Shown here piece after piece: positions 1-12,100 of a stretch of DNA of 64,000 bases (the first letter of the stretch is position 1; the number at the start of each line of letters is the position of its first letter). A program made the position numbers and the translations under genes. The DNA is from Antedon mediterranea (taxonomy: Eukaryota > Animalia > Echinodermata), in the NCBI RefSeq assembly GCF_964355755.1, contig NC_092670.1, forward strand, positions 4,392,201-4,456,200, written 5' to 3'. Under the pieces are notes generated by a model. The model made no database searches, was not told where the DNA came from, and saw nothing but the letters and a program-made list of their open reading frames with translations.

Positions 1-172
1 GCTATTTCCAACGTATCAGACACCCCAGAAGGTATATCAAGCACCTTCAGACACGGAGAGTGAGATAGATGAACCACTGGTGAACCTTGATGCCTTCACC
101 AAGGATGAGTTACTTCAAAAGTTTCACAAAGTTGAGAAGAAGCTGACAAGATACAAAGGAAAATTTATTGAT
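1..172 (+). CDS. GOLGA4: GOLGA4 coding exon (starts before the window)
   Basis: Frame from nt 2: LFPTYQTPQKVYQAPSDTESEIDEPLVNLDAFTKDELLQKFHKVEKKLTRYKGKFID; donor GTAAGT at 173. Confidence 0.85.
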
Positions 173-3100
173 GTAAGTGTGATGAATTTCTTTTTGTTAT
201 CTACTGCAGTATAGTTACTGCAGTAATTAGACATTGCATTTTAGTCTATGGTAATATAACATATTTGATAATACTGTAAGTGATTGATATAAATGACTGA
301 TTGATTGATTTTTGTTTTTTTGTTGATTGAATGTGTGATTTAGTAGCAAAATTAATTGATTTAGTTTATTTTAAATTTTAAATGATTTTGTTTTATTTGA
401 AATTTAAGGTTGTCAATGCATACAAAGATCTTCAAAAGGAGAATGCTAAAATTAAGGTATAGTATCATTCATTCATTAGTATTACAGTAAACAAACCTGA
501 TTGTATTCTTGCAATTTGATTGGTTAATTACGCATCATGTGTTGTTCGGTATTATGTTTGTTTGTTTGTTTTATCTTTATACTGGGTGACCTCTTCAGTC
601 AAAGACTGATCTCCCAGAGGGCCCAGTTGGTGATCAGTGGCTGTGATGTACTAATACACCGGGGTAACCCCCTACTCGTCTCGAAAGATGTACTAGGTTC
701 TTTAAAGTGCACACGAGCAAGTTGTGTACACTGGACCTACGGTTTATAGTCCTTATCCGAGAAGACTCGTTCTACCACCAGAACCATGGAGTGAGTGAGC
801 CTCGAACCCCTGCCGATGTTATGGCTACGTGATTCCACTGTCTTAACCGCTCGGCCACTCACTCACTTAGTTCTATGTAAAAGTGATGTCTAATGATGGT
901 AATATAATATAAGGTTGACTGCTTTTTATAGAAACTGACATTCTATTATTATTTTTGTTGTTAAGAATATTATGACACAAACCCAAGACAAAGCCCTCAG
1001 AAGAATATCAGAATTGAAGGAAGTAAGTCTCTCTGTAGTGTGTTTGATTTCAAAAGTATGCAGGTAGATTATTAATATAACAACACATTCTACAATTTAT
1101 AAGAACAGAGCATTCTTTAGATACTGTACCATGATTTGATAATCTCATATAACATCACAATTTACGATCTGAATCCATAAACATGAGATATTTTAATATA
1201 TTTTGTGTTTCTCATATTGAAAAATCCAAAAATGTAGTTTTGTGTTTAGTTTGTGGGTATCTTAAACACTGATTTTATATTTTCTAGGCCGCTCAGCTGG
1301 ACCAACAGGCTAAGCAGCATCTACAGGAAAACTTTGACTTAATACTGGAGGAGAAAGATGAGTTGATTAATGTCCTTCAGACACAGGTAGCCTAAAATAT
1401 TATCACTGTCATTTTGCAGTTTTAATCAAGTTAATCAATAATCAAATGTTTTTGCTTATAAAAATACAGAATTCAACCAAAAACCCACACACTGACTTCC
1501 AGCCAAATTTACTAATTTTTGCTTTAAAGTACAGTTGTTTTTCAGGTAAACAATTTTTTTGGATCCAATTTTTGGTAAAAGGGAATAATTTGGTAACATT
1601 GAAATGGCCTATTCAACAAAAACATAAAAAAAAAAATTGTCAGGGAGACAATATATTTCTAACATCACCTCAAATATTATCTTTAGGTTGGCTTATACAA
1701 GCACGGTGTTGTTCCAGGCAGTGAAACAGCAAAGAATGGTAAAGGTGATGATGTCGCAGACTCTAAATCAAAAGCTGCTGCACCTGACCCAGAAACCATG
1801 CAGGTTCTAAAGGAAAAAGTTAAAAGGTTAGAAGTACTATTGACAAAATGTAAAGAAACAATGAGGAATAATAAAGAAAAGAACAGTGAACTATCAAGTG
1901 GAATGGAAAAAGCTGAAAAACAAGTGAAGGAAAAAGCAGAAGAGCTTGAAGAATTGAAGGTAATCTTCATGTTTATTTTGTCGGGATGTTTTTGTGAAGC
2001 ATTTTGACCATTGCCGCCACACAACCTCATGTTTAATTTGACTGTAATTTCCAGAATAAAACAATTATTAAAATATTTTTTTATTTTCTAAATATATTTT
2101 CAATAAAATTGAACCTAACATTCCTAAATGGTAGATGCGTAATTGTGTTAATAAATCTAAATGGGATAAAACTTATTATTATATTTGTAGAAACAACAAG
2201 AACTTGAGAAGAATAAATTTTCAGAACAGCTGAAAAAAGCAAAAGAGATGATGGATCAGATTGAGGGTGAAAAAGCATTGGCCATCGCTGAGACTAAACG
2301 TCAAATGCACGAAAACCTGGAAGCGCTAGAAAAACAACATTCAGAATTGAGAGATAAAGTGAAGGAGCTGACAAGTGAGAGAGATGCAGCTGAAACCAGT
2401 AGATCAGAATATGAAAAGAAAGGTTAATATATAACATTGTTGGCGTGTATATAAAACACTGTCTACACTATCAAACCTTATGTTACAAACAAATTTGATG
2501 TGCCCATATATGGACATGATGATGTCATATCACTACCATATTTAAGCATATACCTACCATATTTGGGCACTTCACACTTTTTTTTGTCAAACTAGTTTGA
2601 TATTGTAGACAGAGCTTTAGGTTGCATAAACACAATTTATGTTTCAACTTGAGAGTATTCTTTACTCAAAGAAAGTTTATTGGATGCATTTGCTCTTTGG
2701 TGCAATTATTACAGATTCATTGATTTTAAAATCTCAGCTTGCGCTGCAGTGCGGTATTTGAAGTCCTGCCCATAGAACCCTCAGTTGCTCATTATCATTA
2801 CAAATGCTCAGAATTTAAAGTACTAAATTAGAAATTGCAATTGTATTCTAAAATTAAGAAGTAATGAGTAATTTTGCACCATGACCATTTGTGTACACCA
2901 CTACTAGAATATCTATTTTTTAAATGTTATGTTGTTAGTTGAAGATCTTGAGGCACAGTTACAGACCACAGAAAAACGTGGGGATGAGGACAAGCAGAAT
3001 CTGGCACAGGAGTTATCACGAGGAAAGCAAGCGGTTATCAATCATTTCCAGGTTAGAAAAGATGTCTATAAGTATTTAAGGTTTCGTATTGTATTAATTA

Positions 3101-6100
3101 TATTTAATAACCATGTTTTTGGTATTAAATCATGTATTTTATGCGTAGCTTTAATTAAACTTAAAATAAATATAGATTCTTTTAAAAAGTATGATCAAAT
3201 TTAAAATGTTGCAATATATACCTGACAGGAAGAAATGGAGAAACTCAAAGTAGAATTGCAAAAAGAGAAGGAAGGAGCCGTGGATGAAAGGAACAAACAT
3301 TGGGAAGCCATCATTGCTACAAATGAAGAAACTTACAAAGAAGCCATCACAAATAAGGTAATCAGCATATCATACATACACTCAGGTGGATATGAAGTGT
3401 GATTGATATTGATCAAGAAGATTCTTAGACTTTTTTTGTTGGAATTATTATATTTTATAAAATCCATACCAAAAATGTACTGTGTGACTGTGTATCCACA
3501 TCCATCTATTCTTGTAGCCTAATGATATTTAGTTTGTCTTCAGAATTGACTCTGGACTTCTAATCAAAGTTAATAATATTGACTTAACACTATTTACCTT
3601 GAATGAGAGAATGCTTTTCAAAATGTGCTCATAATTCCAGACTTGTTTTATTTATGACCGTTTTAATGTGTACAGGAAAAAGAACAGGAGCTAGCATTAC
3701 AGAACTTAGAGAGCCTTCATAAAAACATTTTAAAGGAAAAGGAGTCTGAAATGATGATGGCTATAGAAGAGCGAGAACTTCAGAAGATGGCTGCTGTTAG
3801 TGCTCAAGATAACCAGAAAGATGAGTTACAGAGAATCATTGACCAAATGAAATCAGTGAGTGTGTTCTTTTTTCCATCAACGATTGACTGTTTTCTTCTT
3901 CTTCTTTTGTACTTGCAAACAACAAAATACAGAAATATTAGATTAGGCATTGGAAATATCTATGGATTGATATATTTTATACAATTATTTTTATCCAATA
4001 TGTAATCTTTTTTTTTAGGAAAAACTTGAGTTAGAAATTTCAGTGCAACATTTAAAAGAGAATTCAACAGAAGAAATCAGAGCAGCTAACAATAAACTTG
4101 AAGAAGTCATTGAAAAGAGCAAGAATGCAATTGCCAAACAAAAAGCCCAACACAAAAAGATCTTGAAAGAACTTACAGATAAAAAAGAAGGAGAGATGCA
4201 GTGTAAGGTTGAGGAATTACAGATGCAGATGAATACACAAATTGAAGAGGCTCTAGAACAACAAAGAAATATTGTCCAACAAACAGAACAGGAGGCTGAT
4301 TGTGACCTGAAAGCTAAAGTGGAGGACATGAATCGATCACATCAGGCGGTTGTTCAAGAAAAAATAGACCAGTTAAACAAACTGAATTCAACAGTAACAG
4401 AATTAAAGCAAAGGAATCAAAAACAGGCTCAAGACTTGATTGATCGAGGAAAGAGCATTTCTAAATTAGAGGCTGATTTAACTGAGTGTAGGAACGAAAT
4501 GGAATCCGAGATTAACAACTGGACAAAAGAGAACAAGAGTTTAAGAAACCAGTTGAAAGACTTACAAGATAACTTACAGACGGCTCAACAACAACTTGAA
4601 TCTGAAATTAAAAACAAACAAGAAAGGGTTAAAGAATTAGAAGAAAAAAGTGCAGCTTATGACATTACTGAAAAGGAATTAAAAGAAAATGTAAATGCAG
4701 TAAAGAAATATTCTGAAGAAGTCTGTGACCTAAAACAAAAAGTGGCGCAATTGATTCAAGAGGCAGAAGAGAAGAATGCAGAACATCAACATAAAATCAA
4801 TGAGTACGAACAAAAATTGGTTTTCCAGAAGGAGAATTATGAAAAGGAAACGCAACGTAAAATTGAAATGCTTGAGGTACAGAAAAAAAGTACAGTTGAC
4901 GAGGTTGCTGGTGACCTTGGAAAAAAGTTATGTGATGCAAATGAAATGATTGGAAATTTCGAGAGAACGATCCAAGAGCTTAAACTAAATGAGAAAGCAC
5001 TTGAGAATTCATTAAAAGCACTGCAAACAAAGTATGACAATGAACTCTGTGTTGCCAATGATACTATTGGAAAAGAAAGGGAAGGCTTACTGAAATCTGA
5101 GAAAGACATTGAAGAACTAAATAAACAAATCAAATTGAAATCTGAAGAGTTAAAAACAGCTAGAGATGCTGTTATTGAAAAAGACAAACAGTTAAAAAAT
5201 GTGGAAAGAAATTTGAATTCGGTTGAAAAAACCCATCAGACACTGCAATTAGAGCATGACCAAAGTTTTGCAACGTTAACTGAGCAAGTAAAGCAGTTTG
5301 AAGAAGAGAAACAAGTATCTATAAGAAAGATTGATGAACTGGAAAAATTGACATGGGACTTAAAATCTAAACTTGCAACAGCCCATGAACAGTTTGAACA
5401 AAAAACAGAAGAATTAAGTAAACTATCAGTTGAAAGAAATTCTACTATTGAAAAATTAGAAAGAGAATCAGAAGAAAAGTTGACACAAGAAAAAGATCAA
5501 TATGAGAAGGAGTTGGCTCGTCAAGTGGATGTATTAAAGATGCAGACACAGAGTTCGGTGAGTGCTGTGGCAAATGAATTGGAACAAAAACTGATTGAAG
5601 CCAATTCCACAATCTCTTCTTATGAGAGACAAATTCAAGAACAAAACAATGCAAAAAAGAAATGCAGTGATGAAATAGAGCGATTACAGAATCAATTGGA
5701 CAATAAAACTACAGAAAAAGAATTGCTGGAGAATGAAATGAAACAAAAGATGAAAGAATTGCAACATCAATGGGAGACTGCATTAGCAGAATACGGCGAG
5801 AAAGAGAGAAACTACCAAGAAAAAGCGAAAGAATTGGAGTCAGAAGTGAGTGCAAGGAATAAAGAAATTTTGAATTTACATGAAGAAAAAGGTGAAAGAT
5901 CTGTAGAAATTGAAGAATTGAAAGATAGATTGGAAATGTTACGAAATATTGAGCAAGAGATGGAGCAGAAACAACAACAGGTGAATGATTTATCTACATT
6001 GATTAATGAGAAAGATGATCATATAAAACAATTACAAACACAATTTGAAAATTCAAATATCACAATACAAGATCAACTGAAAGAAGCTATTCGAAATGTT

Positions 6101-9100
6101 TCAGCACTTAACTCGGAGATTGCAAGTTTAAAAGAAAAACATGAAATAGAATTGAATGAGAAAATGGCAATGAAAGATGCTGAAATAAAAGAAGCATCTG
6201 AACTACTTTTACAAGAGAAAAACAATTGGACTGCAAAGCACACCAGTCAGATTGAAGATCTAAAAGCACAGGCTAAGGCGAAAATATCACAAATAGTACA
6301 AAAGGAAAGAGAAGCAGCTAAACAAAAAGAACAACAGTTAGAAGAAATGATGAAACAGAAAGAGAATGAATTAAAATCATTAGAAGAAACCCATAACCAA
6401 ATGACAACACAAGTTACAGTTGAATTATCAGGAAAAATTGAAACTCTGAAAGCGCAACTGCAACAAATGCAAAATAGCGCAGAAGAGCAAACGGAAAACA
6501 TTTCAAGAATCAAAATCGAACATAATGAAGAAATTAGCAGACAAAATGAGGAATTTCAGAGAAAACTTGCTGATAGAGAAGAAGAATTCTCAAAACAATT
6601 ATCTGATTTAATGAAGAACAAACAGATGGGAGAGGATGATGTAACCATGAAAATGGAGAGCATACATAAAGAGGCAATTGAGCGTCTGAAGAAAGAACAT
6701 GAAGAGGAGAGTTCTAAGAAAGATTCAACTCACAAGAAGCAGATGGTTGATCTAAGAGATCAAGCAAAATCTAAAATTTCTTCTTACAAGACAAAGCTTC
6801 AGGAACTAAATGTTAATTGTGAACAACTTCAAAAGAAAAATTCCGAAACAGTTGAAACACTTAAAAAAGAACTTGAAGAAAAACTTCTCAATAAAGAAAA
6901 GGAACACGAAAATTCAATTGAAAAACTGCATTTAGAAATTGATGATCTAAAAAAGAAGCATAAAACTAATATGGACGAATTGGAGCAACAGCATTTTGAG
7001 ATGATGGAGAATATGGAAAAGACACATTCAAATAATGTTGAATCACTCCGTATGGAATCATTGGAAATTGAAGAAATTCAGAAACAGCATGAGTTTGAAA
7101 TCAGGGAACTATGCCAAAAGCATGACGTAAAAGTAGCTCAGTTAGAGGAGCGTATAGAAGAGGTAATCGAGACCGACATTGAAAACCAAGCTTCTTTGAA
7201 GGAAGCTAAATTTCAAGCACAATCTACTGAGAATGAACTTGTACAATTAAAGACAACTTCCAAATTAAAAATGGATGAACTTGAGGAAGAGTTAAAGAAA
7301 TTAAGAACAACATTTGAAGAAGAAAAGAAGATTTTAGAACAGGACATCAAAGAGAAAGAAAGTAATGATCAAAAAAATGCATCTAGGTTGGAAGAGAACC
7401 TTCAATCCAAGATGAGTGAAATGAAATCTGAACTGAAAGGTAAAGATGATAAAATTGAAGAATTAAACCAACAAATTCAAACGGTAACTGCTTCTCTTGA
7501 AGCAGAGAGCAAAGAGAAACTGGCTGAATTGAAAAAGAAAGCAGAAGGAAAATTAAAACAAATAAAGAACCAATTTTCAACTGAACTTAAAGCTAAAGAA
7601 GAAAAACTATCAGATGCACAAAATCAAATAATGTCTTTAGAAAAGAATCACTCTGATAAAATTCTTGCTTTGGAGGCACAAATCAAAGAAGTTGAACAGC
7701 TTCACCAGAAAGAAAAGGAAGAATGGCAAACTATATTGGATGAAGAAAAAGTTAAAATTGAAACAGAATCTAAGCAAGTTGTTGAAGAAAATATAAAAGT
7801 TGCAAGAGAAAGTCTTCTAGGTGCTGAAGCTCAACAGAGGAATGCTGAAGATAAAATGAAGGAAGTAAGCGAAACTATGAAAGCCAAAGAAAATGAACTG
7901 CTGAGCCAAATTGAGACATTAAAGGAAAATCATGAGAAACAACTGATGGACATAGAGTAAGTACACCGCTGTTTGGATTATTGTACAATAGAAGAAATTT
8001 GTTAATTTCTTGACTGATGTCTACTTAACTTGATAACACAATAATTGTGTTTTAAAATAAAAGCATTTGTATTTTTCTTATTTAGAAATCGATGTGAAGA
8101 AGTTTTAAAAATTCGACAGAAAGAAATAGAAGAACGATTACGTGAAATGCGATTGGAGTGTGATACACGTCTGCAAGACCAAAGCGTAGAACACAGTCAG
8201 AAAGTTAAGCACTTGCTTAAAGAGGTTAATATGAAGATGGCAATGAAAGACCAAGAGATGCAACAGAACCTAAGACAGGTCATAGGTAAGGCAATGGAGC
8301 TTAAGTGAGGGTTTGTGGGTGGGACAATCAAGTAAGAGTTTGATTATCTAGAGATTAAGCAGAACTTGTTATGGTAGGGCAGTGGAGCTTAAGTGAGGGT
8401 TTGTGGGTGGGACAATCAAGTAAGATTTTGATTATATAGGAATGGTTATGGTAGGGCAATGGAGCTCAAGTGAGGGTTTGTGGGTGGGACAATTAAGTAA
8501 TAGTTATATTATCTAGGGATTAAACAGAACTTAGGTCGTGTTTATACAACACCCTAAATTTGAACACGGCTTTAATTTTTAGCGTGTTGTTCGAACCGAG
8601 GTCAACCCACCTTAACGTTTGCTGTTATAACTAGAAATCACGATACCGTGTTGTACCGGAAGTTTCATCAACACGCAGTGCATGCTAGGATAAAAGGTCG
8701 ATCGCTTGAATTGAATTGTTGGCTGGGTTGTCAACAAATCATTGTCGCCTCCTCGCTGTCCGATGTATTCGCGCGGTTTTTACCGTTTTCATTATTGTAT
8801 TCGTTCACGTTTGCATTGTTGTTTATTTTGTTCTCGGTTCATTTAAATTAATAAAAGTTATTTTAAGGGTTTCATTGTTTCATCTATACACTATGGAAGA
8901 AGATGCCATTTTTGCGATGTTATTTTTTATTCTGTTTGGAGTGGGAAACGATAGTCTATAGAGGCCTACTACCACTACGAGTTGGCCCTACCAGGCTAGG
9001 CGTAAGACGTGGTAGGAGGATGATTGCTGGCAGCGAAGCAGCAATAAATGGGCCCAATCTTGTTAGACGTCGCATGACATGATTGATATTACGACCTGTT

Positions 9101-12100
9101 TTAACGAGAGGTCAAAATATACCCTGAGGACACTTCCAACACGGTAACGGCGACCGGGAATCCACCAAATTTTAGGATTCAGCCAAGTAGCCTTTTTTGC
9201 AATTAAAATCTCATTACACGGAATCTCTTTGTTGTTATACAACACTTCTCGTAGGCGTGTAGAATATGCGTATAATAGCGTGTTGTATAAACGCGCCCTT
9301 AGGGTACGACAATGGAGCTGAAGATAGGTTTTGGTTGTGGCAGGATCAAGGTAGATCTTGATCGTCTAAAAGAAAATAAGAAGACCTTATGACAGGTCAT
9401 AGGTTTTCTAAAGAACGTAGATCTTGAACAATATTGGTTAGAGATAACTGTAAGAGAGTAAGAAGAGGCCATATATTTGTTATTCTTTATTTCCTCTGTC
9501 GCTTTATTATGTTGGTTGGTTGTAAAATGTAATACAGTACTTTCACAGCTGACTCTTATAATACCAACAATGGCTAGAGCGTTTACACAGACAGACGGAT
9601 AATGTTGAAGCTTGTAACTTATACCCTTTAAAACAGATGTTAATATATTAGTGATGATTGATTTTAGGTAAAGGGCAATCCGTGGAAGTGAAAATGGAGA
9701 AGGAACACACAGAGATGATGAGAGAACTGCAGGAGAATATTGATGATCAATCTCGTGAGATGGAAACTATTTCAGAAACATATGAAGAACAGCTTAAGGT
9801 TTGTGTTTGGCTTATAAATTGGCATCTATATTATGAGCAGTTAGAACAATAAAAAAAATGTTGTTAATGTCAAGGCCATTGGAAAATCCTAGTTTAATCT
9901 CACTCAATAAGTCTTTATTGTACTCTAAATCAATTTAAATTTGTAGGAGTTGCGCGAGGAACTATCTGAAACAAAAACACAATACGAATCGCGAATAAAC
10001 CAGTTACAGGTTGATCACAAATCACAACTAAACGAGATCGAGTTCCGACTTGAGCACAACGAATCACAGCATCAAAATGAACTTGAAGAGCTAGATTTAA
10101 GAATGACACAAACATTACAAGCTAAGATTGATGAACTAAGAGAGATTCACCGACAGGAGCTGGAGAACATTCATCAGGTAACTATATATTATTTCAATTT
10201 TGCATGACTTGTTTTGAAAATATATAAATTACATATTTTTAATTCATGTGGTATTTTTTCGATTTTGAAATGTTTATGTATGGTACCTATTTCATTTATT
10301 CAACACATTTTTAACTTTAGCATTGTAAATGTGTATTTAATTGTTGTACACCTAGTGAAAGTATGTATCATCGTTGTGTTTTTATCGTTAAACCAGTTTG
10401 GTGCAATCATACCCTATTTACACTGTCTGAAAAATGATGAGTAACGTATTAATGCACAAATGCAAAATCAAATAGTTATAAAATTGGACATAATGGTAGC
10501 GAAAATATATGCAACTTATATTTTTTGGTTAGTTACAATAAATTTGAAATCAATACTAGTACTCAAATTGAATAAACAATAAACGTAAAAAAAGTATACA
10601 ACATAGGTAAATCACAGTAAAGTACCATACTTGGGACAAAGCTTTGCATTGTTTGTAATTTTTGTTTGTAGACTTCAGTACCAAAATCCATTGAGCATTT
10701 GGACCCATACTCTCAGGTAAATCAACCCAACAATGATGCTATTCTGGTGAGTCTCATCATTTCAACATCGCCATGCTTTAACTAACATGCATACATGTAG
10801 CATATTCGTATAAATAAACTTATCCAAATATTATTACTTTATGCATAAAACAATTGTATGTTTGTATATTATTTGTTTGTTATACTTAATATATGGTTAG
10901 TTGTTGGGTTGTTTGCTCTCATCACTGTCGAGTGTGTTCTCTTTTCTGTTTTTTTGTTTTGTCAATTATCTCCCAAAAAAAATTAAACTACAAAACTACA
11001 TCAATACTATTTTGATGACACCACTAGTATTAACCTTGATTAAAGATAGAGCAACACTACATTACCAGCATTAGATATTGGACATCTTTAAGACATGATT
11101 CCACAACCTATTATTGTTTTTTTTACACAGCAATAATATCCATACCTGTACATCAATAATATGTTATACAATCCTAATGTAGGTTTAATAAAAACAGCAG
11201 TGTTTCAACCCAGAGAAAGAAACAATAACACATAATACCACTAATACTTTAACTAACACTATCAAACCCTATGACAAAAAAATGTGATGTGCCCATATAT
11301 GGACATGATGATGTCATATCACTACCATATTTAGGAATATCGCTACCATATTTGGGCATAGCACACTTTTTAGAGTATTTAACTTTTTCTTACTCTGCTT
11401 TCGTACGCAGGCTTTTTTATGACACACACATTAAATTGATGTTCAGATAATTCTGTCATTTCTAAATTTGGAAACCAACTTTTTTAGGGTGAGTTGAAAG
11501 AACAGAGAGGACAGTTAGCAGAGCTGAGATTAAGAGAGAAGCAACTTCTAGATGAAATAAATAGTATGAAAGCAGCAACATCAGAGAATGGGCCTAGTAA
11601 CCCTTGGCCTGAAGGAATTCCACTGCAAGAACCAACAGAAATTGAGGTAAGGATTATTGAGTATTTGGATCTCATCCAGAAATTAGTTTCACAGTATTTT
11701 AAGATAAAAGTAGCTTTAAAACTTTAATATCTATCACTATCATCACAACACTAATATTTTATATATTTTTATTTACCTCTATTAAACCATTATGTGTTTC
11801 AGTTTTTGGGTTATTTTTATTTTCTATGATGGGAAATTATGGTTTTCACATTTGTCATGTTCATTTGGTTTTTTGGTTTAATTCATTATTTGTTTTTATC
11901 TATTTGTGGTTGTTTTACATGATAGTACATGATGAGTGTTATGGTAGACACCCTGCTGTACGATAAAGCTGCATTCACACTAAGCCACTATATTACATTT
12001 TTCCTGTTGCTTTCATATCAAGAAATACGAACATAATTCACAAACACTACACATGTTTTACTTTTATTCTTTTGCCAACAGACTCAGGACTTTGAACGTA

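Noticed and set aside
790-866. tRNA gene on the minus strand
   Set aside because: A and B boxes are present, but the sequence continues into a SINE body and tail with no clean cloverleaf or terminator.
4015-7580. Minus-strand S/F/L-rich ORFs
   Set aside because: Antisense shadows of the GOLGA4 coiled-coil exon.
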